This document shows positions 10,400 through 22,880 of a stretch of 64,000 nucleotides of DNA, one piece after another. How positions within the stretch are numbered: the first letter of the stretch is position 1; the number at the start of each line of letters is the position of its first letter. The notes beneath the pieces are model-generated. The model was given only the letters and a program-made list of their open reading frames with translations. It did no database searches and was not told where the DNA came from. The translations under genes were made by a program, and so were the position numbers. The stretch is from Octopus sinensis (taxonomy: Eukaryota): NCBI RefSeq assembly GCF_006345805.1, contig NC_043023.1:19282001-19346000 (forward strand), read 5' to 3'.

Positions 10400-11645
10400 G
10401 GGGCTTCTTTCAGTTTCCATTCACAAACCTTTGCTTGGCCCAAGGCCACAGTGGGAAACACTTGTCCAAGATGCCATGCAGCAGGCCTAACCTGGAATTT
10501 TTTTAATCATTTGTTTACCATTAGATTGTGACCATGCTGGAGCACGTCTTTGGGAAAGTTTTAGCTGAATGAATTGAACACAGGACTTTCTTTTTTTTTT
10601 TTAAAGTCTGGTATTTATTCTGTTGGTCTCTTTAACTGAACTGTTAAGTTATAGTGCAGGTATGGTTGGTTCCCAACCATACGGTTCTGGGTTCAGTTTC
10701 CCTGCATGGCACCTCGAGTGGATTTGGTAGATGGAAACTCAAAGAAGCCCATCAAATGCATGTTCGTGTCTGTTTCTCCACCACCGCCACTTCACAAACG
10801 GTGTCGGTGTGTTTATATCCCTGTATAGAGATCAACGAAATAAGTATCAGGATCAACTCATTCGACTAAAATTCTTCAAAGCAGTGCCCCAGCATGGTCG
10901 CAGCCTAATGACTGAAACAAGAGATCCTTTATCCTTTACTTGTTTCAGCCATCTGATTGTGGCCATGCTGGGGCATCAACTTGAATTCTTAGTTGAATCA
11001 AACAACCCCAGTACTAACTTCGTCTTTGAGCCTGATACTTATTCTGTCAGCCTGTTTTGTTGAACCACTAAGTCATGGAGACACAAACTCATCAACACCA
11101 GTTGTCGAGCACTGGTGGACACACACACACATATTTCTTTACTGCCCAGATGAAGGGATTGAGTCGATTATATCGCCCCAGTGCGAAACTGGTACTTTAT
11201 TTATCGACCCCGAAAAGGATGAAAGGCAAAGTTGACCTCGGCGGAATTTGAGCTCAGAATATATATATACATACACACACACATACACAACGGGCTTCTT
11301 TAAGTTTCCATCTATCAAATCCACTCACAAGGCATTGGTTGGCCCGTGGCTATAGTAGAAGACAATTCCCCCACTGTGAGACTGAACCCAGAACCATGTG
11401 GTCGAGAAGGAAGTTTCTTACCACACAGCCACGCCTGCACCTATAATATATATATATATATTTTTCTTTTACTTGTTTCAGTCAATTGACTGCGGCCATG
11501 CTGGAGCACCGCCTTTAGTCGAGCAAATCGACTGCGGAACATATTCTTTGTAAGCCCAGTACTTATTCTATCGGTCTCTTTTGCCGCTAAGTGACGGGGA
11601 CATAAACACACCAGCATCGGTTGTCAATAAATGCTCGGGGGAAAA

Positions 11646-11681
<36 letters not shown>

Positions 11682-11826
11682 GACGGGCTTCTTTCAGTTT
11701 CCATCTACCAAATCCACTCACAAGGCTTTGGTCGGCCCAGGGTTACAGTAGAAGACACTTGCCCAAGGTACCACGCAGTGGGACTGAACCCGGAACCATG
11801 TGGTTGGTAAGCAAGCTACTTACCAC
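10400..11826. mobile_element. nested cluster of family A (and one family B) SINEs in both orientations
   Basis: Plus copy at ~10660-10925 and minus copies at ~10935-11130, 11290-11440 and 11466-11826. Confidence 0.75.
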
Positions 11827-12719
11827 TTACTTGTGTACACATCACACCCCTGAATTTAGTGCTAAATCTGCATACGAAACCATTTCCCCTTTGTTGTTTT
11901 GGTGTTGCTCTGTGTACAAGTCACAGCCCTGTATTTGTATTTAAAATCAGGTAGAAAATAGTGCAACTAATACACAAATAAAAACAGTATATATGTATAA
12001 AGAATTGGGTAAAAAAGAGAACTGGACAGAACCAACTGTAAGCATCCCTAGCCAAGGACCTGGCTATTAAGACTCAAAGACATTTAAATTCCAGTAGAAT
12101 TTAACCAGAACATGCAACTGAACAATCAGAAACATACAAACAATAATATTTCTATTTTGGAATACAGAATAAGCAAAGGAAACAAAAATGAGGTACGAAG
12201 CAAGGAGAGTTTTAATAATTCTGCAGAGGTTACAGCTGTTCCATAACCTACTCACAATTACATCATGAAACAACTGTCACCCTGATGGAAATACTGAAAC
12301 TTAACTGGCCTCTTACCTCTCTCTGCTTTATTTGCTTATATAACATAAATGGAATATACAAGCAATATAAAAAGAAATACAAAGAAAAGGTACTCTCTGT
12401 ACAGCAAATAAATAATAATAATAATAATGATCGGCATGAATTTGATTTTACAGTGATAGTACTCAGAGTTGTATATTATATTACCATCCATTTTTGCAAG
12501 CAACTTAAGTATTCTACATTTGTTTCAATGATATACACACATATGCATAAACAGACATACAGCCACACAAAATCATTTATACATATCCATATGTGAATAT
12601 AGAGGCATATATATATACATATCTACACATAGATGCAAACACCGTATTAGTACACTTGCATATGCAAATTAATATACTTATTTTTTTTACATATAGTGAG
12701 AACTTGGAAGTTTTATATA

Positions 12720-12867
12720 CATATATACACACACACACACACATATATACAAAAACATGTACATGTTCACATACACAAATGTATATATACATATATGTAC
12801 ATGGTCATTTTTGTTTACATTTTTTTCTTGTCCCTCTACTACTTTTCTCATACATATACACATACAA

Positions 12868-12920
<53 letters not shown>

Positions 12921-13395
12921 CATACACACACATCAGCGTTCATTTTTGTTAATATTTTCTCTCATTCCACTGTACCACTACCTTTCTCGTCATACATATC
13001 TACACACATTTAGATGCATATACATATACACACACACACACATAATATATATATATATACACACACATATATATATACACACACACACACTACATATATA
13101 CACACACACACTATATATATATACACACAACACATATATATATATACACACACACCACATATATATATATACACACACACACATATATATATATACACAC
13201 ACACATAATATATATATATAACACACACACATATATATATATAACACACACACACACATATATATACACACACACATATATATATATACACACACACATA
13301 TATATATATACACACACTATATATATATACACACACACATATATATATATACACACACATATATATATATATACACACACACAATACATATATAT

Positions 13396-13426
<31 letters not shown>

Positions 13427-13480
13427 CAAACATACATTCAAAAACATCAAACCAACCCTATAAACTTACAACATATATAT
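12720..13480. repeat. compound (CA)n/(TA)n microsatellite field
   Basis: Alternating CA and TA runs; source of many spurious H/T/Y/I/C/V ORFs. Confidence 0.9.
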
Positions 13481-13524
13481 ATATATTTACATATGACAAA
13501 AAATATAAAAAATTACATAAATAA

Positions 13525-13909
13525 AACAAACAAAGATGGCTGACTTTATTGTCTTTTTTTAAACTTTGTCATTTTTTTTTCTATTTTTTTATATACCTTT
13601 ATTGTTCACTAGACACTTTAAAGGAATGTGTAGGGGGTGACTGGTAGATGAGTGTATATATAGGAGATGAATGTATATGATTATGAGGAGGGACTGATAT
13701 ATATATATATATATATATGTGTGTGTATATGTGTGTGTGTTTTGTAGGGTTGGCATTACAGAGGTGTGTATGTATATGTAGATATATATAGAGGTGTGTA
13801 TGTGCACATGTATGTGTGTGCGTGCATATATAGACACCGCAGATGGCTATATGTTTGTGTGTGTGTGTGTGTGTGTATATATATGTATGGATGGAAATGT
13901 GTATCTGTG

Positions 13910-13969
<60 letters not shown>

Positions 13970-16619
13970 GTCATCGGTTGTGTGTGTATGGAGAAGGGGT
14001 GGTGGTGGTTCCAGTGAAGAGGTGACGGTGATAAAGACGACACGGAAAGTAGGAAGTGTAGCCATAGTTATTGATGCTGCTGTTGTTGTTGTTGTTGTAG
14101 TAGTTATGTGAGAAGGGTGAGAGGAGGAGGAGGAGGAGGTGGAAAAGAAAGAAGAGAAAATTGAAGAAATGTAAAAAACAAAAAAACAAAAAAAAAAAAC
14201 CCCCCAAAGTGAGGAAGTTTAAAGATTTGTCTATTGAAAGGTGTGGAAGGAAGGCAACAGGGAAGGGCAGGGATGGAGAGGAGAAGTATCATATCTGGTG
14301 TGTTGGTGCACATGTATATATATACACACACACTTATACATACGTATACATACATATATACACATATGCAGACATACATACACACACACACACACATTTA
14401 TACATACATATATACACATGCATACACACACACGCACATTTATACAGACATGCATACATATGTATACATATATACACATATGCAGACACACACACACATA
14501 CACATTTATACATACATATACACACACACATTTATACATAGGTATACATACATATATACACATATGCAGACATACACACACACATTTATACATAGGTATA
14601 CATACATATATACACATATGCAGACATACACACACACATTTATACATAGGTATACATACATATATACACATATGCAGACATACACACACACATTTATACA
14701 TATATACACATATGCATACATACACACACATTTATACATACGTATACATACATATATACACACATGCATACATACATATATACACACACGTATACATACA
14801 TATATACACACATGCATACATACATATATACACACACACATTTATACATACGTATACATACATATATACACACATGCATACATACATATATACACACACA
14901 CATTTATACATACGTATACATACATATATACACACATGCATACATACATATATACACACACACATTTATACATACGTATACATACATATATACACACATG
15001 CATACATACATATATACACACACACATGCGTAGATATATTACTGCTATCAATAGAAATGCTTTTTTATTTTTTAAATCTTCAATAATCTTTTCTTGTTTT
15101 TATCCAATTTTATGTGACTGTTCTTCTTCTCCGCCATGACCATCACCACTGCCTGCAGACAGACAAACCGTCCTCCACCTCCCCACACACACAACTACCT
15201 GGGGCCACAATCAGCGGCAGTGGTGACGACGATGGTGGTGATTTTAACGCAGAAGATTTTAAAAGAATAAAAAAGCATTTCTCTTGATAGCCGTAACATA
15301 TTTACGCATGTGTGTGTGTATATGTATGTATGTCTGCATATGTGTATATATGTATGTATACGTATATATGTGTGTGTGTATATGTATGTATGTATAAATG
15401 TGTGTATATATGTATGTATACGTATGTATAAATGTGTGTACGTGTGTATGTCTGCATGTGTGTATATATGTATGTATAAATGTGTGTACGTGTGTATGTC
15501 TGCATGTGTGTATATATGTATGTATAAATGTGTGTACGTGTGTATGTCTGCATGTGTGTATATATGTATGTATAAATGTGTGTACGTGTGTATGTCTGCA
15601 TATGTGTATATATGTATGTATACGTATGTATAAATGTGTGCGTGTGTGTATGTCTGCATGTGTGTATATATGTATGTATAAATGTGTGTATATATGTATG
15701 CATGCATGTGTGTATGTAAGTATGCATGTGTGTATATATGTATGTATACGTATGTATAAGTTGCAGTGAAAGAAGGCAGGGTGGTAGGTGTAGATGGAAG
15801 GTTTGCAGAGGGGCCGGGCATCGGAAGGGACCGACAGGCAGGTGGTGGAGAGAGATTGGAGTAAAGGAACAGTTCCGGGTGGTGCCCATGGATGGTGGTG
15901 GTGGTAGTTGTTGCTATATAGATTAGCTGTGACAACAACAACAACAACAGCAGCAGCAACAACAACGAATTCTACAATGCGGACATCATGTTCTGTTGTC
16001 GCTGTTGATGACATCTTGGAATTTTCCAAAAAGAACAAAAAAAAAAAAAAACCGGGACAAAAAAAAAAGGGGGGGGAGAAAAACCGTCAAAAAACAAAAC
16101 CCAAGAAAAAACTCTTCTTTCTCTCCATCTCGTCGTCTTCAGACTCTTCTTAGTCCCGTTCCTTGTCGTTGCTGTTCTTGCTGTTGTGGTGGTGGCTTGC
16201 TGAGATGAAGTCTACAATGATGCTGATGACGATGATGACGACGATGAACAAATGCTGCTACTAAGATGACCGAAGACTTAATTCTTTCTCGTCGAATCTG
16301 TCTTTGTCTGTCTGTTCGTCTCTGAGGTGTGCAAAAGTCCAACAAGGATTCGCTTCTTGTTCCTTGATTTTTCCTGCTTTTTTTCTTCTTTATTTTTTTT
16401 TTCTTCTTTCCTTTTAAGAAATGCCCCGTTTCTAAGTCTTAAAAGGGGCCAATACACACTCAGATACGTATTTTTTTTTTTTTTTTAAGGAAGAGAGGGA
16501 ACAACGAATGCAAAATGGTTTTTCTAAAGGCTCTTTTTTTTGTTTTTTTTTTTTTAGTGATTTTTTTTTGTGTTTTTCTCTGCGAGTTTTACACATAGTG
16601 AGACTACAATAACCAGCTA

Positions 16620-16650
<31 letters not shown>

Positions 16651-16693
16651 TGTAGGTAGGTAGGTAGGTACAGGGTAGAAGAGATATTTTTAC
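13525..16693 (-). other. candidate non-coding terminal exon / lncRNA or far-distal UTR
   Basis: Acceptor ctctttccatttcttgtag| at 16694. AATAAA at 13550-13545 is followed by a U/GU-rich tract (tttgtttgttttattt). UTR-like low-complexity composition, with no recognisable protein. Confidence 0.3.
14333..15760. repeat. foldback / long inverted repeat built from a minisatellite
   Basis: Arms at 14333-15081 and 15252-15760. The outer 32 nt are exact reverse complements, the inner ~57-nt non-microsatellite ends are ~85% complementary, and the loop is 170 nt of unique sequence. Confidence 0.9.
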
Positions 16694-17475
16694 CTACAAG
16701 AAATGGAAAGAGGTTATAGCATACAATAAAAAAAAGTTTTTAAAAAAATATATAAAAACACAAAAAAATAAATAAATAAAATAATCAGGGAACATAGATT
16801 TTGTTGTTTGTTTGTTTTTAAACAACAGCCCTTTCAGCAAAGAACCTTGTCTTATGATTTCATTATTCAAAACAACCGCATGAATGTTACAAAAACCATA
16901 CACAATATAAAAAATATATATATATATATATAAATATTAAATATATAAAAAAAAAAAAATGAACATATGTATATGCAAATATATATATACTTAGAACATG
17001 ATACATTTAAAAATAAAAACAAGCATTAATATATAAACATATATAAATATATATGCAGATATATACATACATTTATACAACAAGCCCTAAAAATTCCTGA
17101 AAAGTTGACATCAAGATATAGATAAACAACTGATGTAGTTATTGTGGATATATGCATGTGTGTATGTATATATATATATATATATATGTATGCATGTATG
17201 TATAGATACACACTCACACATACTTATATATGCGGGCATCTCCCAGAGACCTGATTTAAATATTGTGGGCATGGCTGTGTGGTTAGGGAGCTTGCTTCCT
17301 AGCTATATGGTTTCGGGTTCAGTCCCACTGTGTGGCACTTTGGGTGGGTGTCTTTCACTATAGCCCCGAGCTGACCGGAGCTTTGTGATTGAATTCGGTA
17401 GGTGGAAGTTACTGCCGTGTGTGTATATGTGCGTGTAGGTGCTTGTGCCTCTCCGAGAGAGGGTTTCATATTTTT

Positions 17476-17676
17476 TGAACCCTTTAGCATAACCCACCAT
17501 ATCTGGCCCAAATATTCTGCCAGATTCAGCCTCTCACACCTACCCTACAATGTCATTCTAAAATGAAAAATCACATCATGACAATCTCAAAGCTATGAGA
17601 TTATCCATGATTAATTCAAAGCAATGTGAATAAATAAGCATTACATCTGACAGTAATCTAAATGCTAGAGGATTAA
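17476..17676 (+). mobile_element. third piggyBac-type MITE family (ccctttagcat...atgctaaaggg-type ends)
   Basis: Related copies at ~9258-9465, ~33070-33282, ~50016-50135 (half copy) and a degenerate start at 19660. Shared core acacctaccctacaatgtcattctaaaa...tctcaaagctatgaga. Confidence 0.65.
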
Positions 17677-19663
17677 ATCTACCCCAGTATATCACTGCTA
17701 TTTTATTTTATCAACTCTAGAATGATGTAAAGTTAGTGTTAACATTATAGTTCCATCGACATCTTGGAGGTTATCAACCCCACAACGATGAAAGGTAAAG
17801 TTAGTGTTAGTCTTCTATTATAATTCCATTGACATCTTGGATGTTTTATAGGAATATTAAATCGACCCCAGTATTTCACTGCTACTTTATTTTATCAACC
17901 CCACAACAATGAAAGGTAAAGTTAGTGTTAGTCTTCTATTATAATTCCATTGACATCTTGGATGTTTTATAGGAATATTAAATCTACCCCAGTATATCAC
18001 TGCTACTTTATTTTATCAACCCCACAACAATGAAAGGTAAAGTTAGTGTTAGTCTTCTATTATAATTCCATTGACATCTTGGATGTTTTATAGGAATATT
18101 AAATCTACCCAGTTATATCACTGCTACTTATTTTATCGACCCCCAACAATGAAAGGTAAAGTTAGTGTTAATCTTCTATTATAATTCCATTGACATCTTG
18201 GATGTTTTATAGGAATATTAAATCTACCCCAGTATATCACTGCTACTTATTTTATCAACCCCACAACAATGAAAGGTAAAGTTAGTGTTAGTCTTCTTTA
18301 TAATTCCATTGACATCTGAATGTTTTATAGGAATATTAAATCTACCCCAGTATATCACTGCTACTTTATTTTATCAACCCCACAACAATGAAAGGTAAAG
18401 TTAGTGTTAGTCTTCTATTATAATTCCATTGACATCTTGGATGTTTTATAGGAATATTAAATCTACCCCAGTATATCACTGCTACTTATTTTATCGACCC
18501 CACAACAATGAAAGGTAAAGTTAGTGTTAGTCTTCTATTATAATTCCATTGACATCTTGGATGTTTTATAGGAATATAAATCTACCCCAGTATATCACTG
18601 CTACTTTATTTTATCAACCCCACAACAATAAAAGGTAAAGTTAGTGTTAGTCTTCTATTATAATTCCATTGACATCTTGGATGTTTTATAGGAATATTAA
18701 ATCTACCAACCCCAGTATATCACTGCTACTTTATTTTATCAACCCCACAACAATGAAGTAAAGTTAGTGTTAGTCTTCTATTATAATTCCATTGACATCT
18801 TGGATGTTTTATAGGAATATTAAATCTACCCCAGTATATCACTGCTACTTTATTTTATCAACCCCACAACAATGAAAGGTAAGTTAGTGTTAGTCTTCTA
18901 TTATAATTCCATTGACATCTCTGGATGTTTTTTAGGAATATTAAATCTACCCCAGTATATCACTGCTACTTTATTTTATCGACCCCACAACATGAAAGTA
19001 AAGTTAGTGTTAGTCTTCTATTATAATTCCATTGACATCTTCGATGTTTTTTAGAATATTAAATCTACCCCAGTATATCACTGCTACTTTATTTTATCAA
19101 CCCCACAACAATGAAAGGTAAAGTTAGTGTTTCGTCTTCTATTATAATTCCATTGACATCTTGGATGTTTTATAGGAATATTAAATCTACCCCAGTATAT
19201 CACTGCTACTTTATTTTATCAACCCCACAACAATGAAAGGTAAAGTTAGTTTATCTTCTATTATAATTCCATTGACATCTTGGATGTTTTTTAGGAATAT
19301 TAAATCTACCCCAGTTATATCACTGCTACTTTATTTTATCACCCCACAACAATGAAAGGTAAGTTAGTGTTAGTCTTCTATTATAATTCCATTGACATCT
19401 TGGATGTTTTATAGGAATATTAAATCTACCCCGTATATCACGCTACTTTATTTTATCAACCCCACAACAATGAAAGGTAAAGTTAGTGTTAGTCTTCTAT
19501 TATAATTCCATTGACATCTTGGATTTTTTATAGGAATATTAAATCTACCCCAGTATATCACTGCTACTTTATTTTATCAACCCCACAACAATGAAAGGTA
19601 AAGTTAGTGTTAGTCTTCTATTATAATTCCATTGATGTTCTGGATGTTTTATAGGAATATTAA
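17677..19663. repeat. 121-bp satellite array 1 (~16 monomers)
   Basis: Tandem aatgaaaggtaaagttagtgttagtcttctattataattccattgacatcttggatgttttataggaatattaaatctaccccagtatatcactgctactttattttatcaaccccacaac; the first unit is degenerate. Confidence 0.97.
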
Positions 19664-19803
19664 CCCACTAACATTTAATTCAGCCATGTCTAACCCAAGT
19701 CTTATGCTCAAAACGGCAAAATCCCACCCAAAATTTCATTCTAAAATAAACAGTCAAAGTGTGTGTGTCTATGTGTGTGTGTACAAGGTCTGATCAGAAT
19801 GTG

Positions 19804-19855
<52 letters not shown>

Positions 19856-19999
19856 AGAGAAAGAAAGTGCACGCGCTTGAATACATATCTTCGATTTTGA
19901 TAAATTACCAGGTCTTTGAGAGTGAAAATTTTACAAAATTACAAACAGAAAAAAAAATAAATTAAATAATTAAGAAACAACATGTCTATTACATTTGAA

Positions 20000-20034
<35 letters not shown>

Positions 20035-20464
20035 GTACAATCAAACAAATGGCAACATTTCATAATTAAAGTGTGGTACCATTACATAATACATCATGGA
20101 GCACATTTAATCAATTAATTAATTAATTAATTACAAGACATCAAGTATTTTAAAATAACGAAGCTACTGATTTGTAGATAGCATCAGATATTTCTGGCAT
20201 TCCTTATGAGATGACAACATGCATAGATATAGATACACACACTTGTGTGTGTGTGTATATGAGTTAAGTGTAGAGAGAAAGAGTAAAACAGTACTCAATA
20301 CCAAAGGTAAAGTGATATTTTTGATTTCAACAGGTGGTTATTCGAATTCAACGTGTCCAACTGTTGGACATGATGTAAGTTAATCAGGTCCAGTTTGACC
20401 GTTGGAAACATGACATTCGGATAACCAGAAGTGAAGTACCGGCTGTCACAAAGGTATATACACA

Positions 20465-20466
20465 TA

Positions 20467-20524
<58 letters not shown>

Positions 20525-20876
20525 ATATATATATGTATGTATATATATACATACATAGATAGATACGTGCATACACACACTCATGTACATACATACATAT
20601 ACACATTTACATATATAAATACACACATCCATACATATATAAACACATACATACATACATATATAAATACATACATCCATACATAAACACATACATACAT
20701 ATATATATATATACACACATAAATATACATATGCACACACACACATAAATATACATATGCACACACATACATATATAAACACATACATACATATATAAAC
20801 ACATACATACATATATACACATATATATACATACACACATACATATATAAACACATACATACATACACACACAGAC
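20465..20876. repeat. (TA)n plus (TACA)n compound microsatellite
   Basis: Directly visible. Confidence 0.85.
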
Positions 20877-22194
20877 ATTACAAAACAATCTACAAAACAA
20901 TCAGAAACTTAATGTAAAGTGTATGCATATTTCAAAAGTCTATTGTGACTACAACAACAACTCATCTTACATTATTCTATATAAAATATATATACATCGA
21001 AATATAAACATCTGTGATGAACTCGTTAGACAGAATATAATTAATCAAGTCTCGTACAATTGAGAAAAACAAAATGACAAAAACACCCAACCATATTTAC
21101 ACACACACACACAGATATTAAAAAAAAAAACCCAAATACCTCATAATAATTAAACCGTGGTACAGATTTTTAATTAAAAGAATTACAAAAACCGGAGTGC
21201 AAAAGATATGCTGTGGTAGCCAAACACTACATGAAAAACAGTGCCCCCAGTCCAACCATGCCATTCAAGAAAGTTTGGATAGTACTTTTGTCTGGGATTA
21301 CAGAACGGTGAAGAGAGAGCGAGGTGAGGTGTGGTGATGGTGCCCCCAGATTGAGGGGTCATATAATGTAATGACTATGTGGTTTGTTCACCAGTGACAC
21401 CCTGGGGCAGCAGTCCTTAATTGCAGCTCACAGGGTGACATGTGGGCCTCAAACATCCTTTCCCTGGCCCTTTATGGGCTTCCCTCTATAAATATAATGA
21501 ATTATTTCTTTAATCGACACCCCCATTTTTTTACTTTTTTAAGTGTGTGGGTGCCTATAAAAAACCCAGATTTTTTATCCAACCCGGATATTAAAAAAGT
21601 TGCAAACCACTGCCCCCATCTATCGAGGGGTTGAAGTGGGCATAGATTGAACAGAAATAGGGGTGGAAGAATGGTCCCTGTTACAGGGGTTCGTTGCTGT
21701 TGTATCACAAATTCAGCCTGTATTGAATAGAGATTTGGTCAAAGATGTTCCAGAGATGACCATCACCATAAAAATACAGTAAGGAGTGTGCAATGCAGTA
21801 GTGTAGGTACTGAGATCAAGATCATTAGGCAAGGAACTGAACTTTGGTCAGAGATGTTCCAGCCATGACCCTCACAACGATTTTTACACATTGTAATATG
21901 GAGTGTGGTGCAACAGTTTGGATAATGGGCCGAGATTGTTTGGTGATGGGTTCCATTCCCAGCCTGGCTGTCCTCTTGTTTAATGCAAGTTCAGTCTGCG
22001 TCAAACAGACACTGCAGTCATGACCACCACCACGTAGACATGTATTCAGAGATACAGTAACAAAGGCGTGGGGGCACAACAGTATGGGCGCTGGGGTTAC
22101 GATCGTTAGGGTATGAGGGATTTTTTCCTGAGGAACTTCACATTGCCTTAGTCCACTCGGTCAAAAAATGGGTACCACTGACAGGGGTACTCAT

Positions 22195-22585
22195 TTTTCA
22201 CTGAGTGAGTGCTGGTGGCACATAAAAAGCACCATCAGTTCGTGGCCGTTTTCGCCTGACCCCCGTGCCGGTGGCACATAAAAAGCACCATCAGTTCGTG
22301 GCCGTTTGCCAGCCTCGCCTGACCCCCGTGCCGGTGGCACATAAAAAGCACCATCCGATCGTGGCCGTTTTCCACACTCGTCTGGCCCCCGTGCCGGTGG
22401 CACGTAAAAAGCACCCACTACACTCACGGAGTGGTTGGCGTTAGGAAGGGCATCCAGCCGTAGAAACATTGCCAGATCAGACTGGGCCTGGTGCAGCCTT
22501 CTGGCTTCCCAGATCCCAGTTGAACCATCCAACCCATGGTAGCATGGAAAGTGAACGCTAAACGATGATGATGATGATGATGATT
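22195..22585 (+). mobile_element. family C element with internal ~56-63-bp tandem repeats
   Basis: 4 x gccggtggcacataaaaagcacc..., then the conserved 3' end and a (GAT)n tail. Confidence 0.8.
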
Positions 22586-22880
22586 CTCAGTGGGGAAACA
22601 CAGATTTTGTGGAGTGAGGATAAGAAGATGCAAAAGAAAAGAGACAGACTTTTATTCGAGGAAAGGTGATACATAAACAAAACACTGCTCATGTGAGGCA
22701 AATATCAAACAGGAATCAAGACAAACCAATCAGCAAATCCTTGTACATAATTATCAATAATCAATAATCAATGACCATATTATATATTTACAGAGTTTTA
22801 TCCTTCACAATCAAGGCTAAGATGGAGCAGCAATTGTAATGATAACAATTCTGGTAACAAGAGGTTTCTTACAGAAATAC

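Noticed and set aside
14333-15030. Very high UGUA density on the minus strand as a CFIm-binding platform
   Set aside because: TACA/TGTA microsatellites are ubiquitous on both strands in this window, so enrichment cannot be claimed without CLIP data.
12577-15139. Long ORFs up to 301 aa rich in H/T/Y/I or C/V/M
   Set aside because: These are translations of CA/TA micro- and minisatellites, which lack stop codons by composition; there are no domain features.
15195-16038. Minus-strand ORFs of 256-259 aa, one with a signal-peptide-like poly-Leu start
   Set aside because: The hydrophobic run is a (CAA/CAG)n repeat, the remainder runs into the foldback minisatellite, and there is no recognisable homology.
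18200-19400. Scattered 1-nt indels in satellite monomers
   Set aside because: They fall mostly in homopolymers and are consistent with uncorrected long-read errors, so I did not interpret them biologically.
20295-20452. Possible minus-strand coding exon (RYFTSGYPNVMFPTVKLDL...)
   Set aside because: The acceptor is only moderate, there is no recognisable homology, and no partner exons were found.
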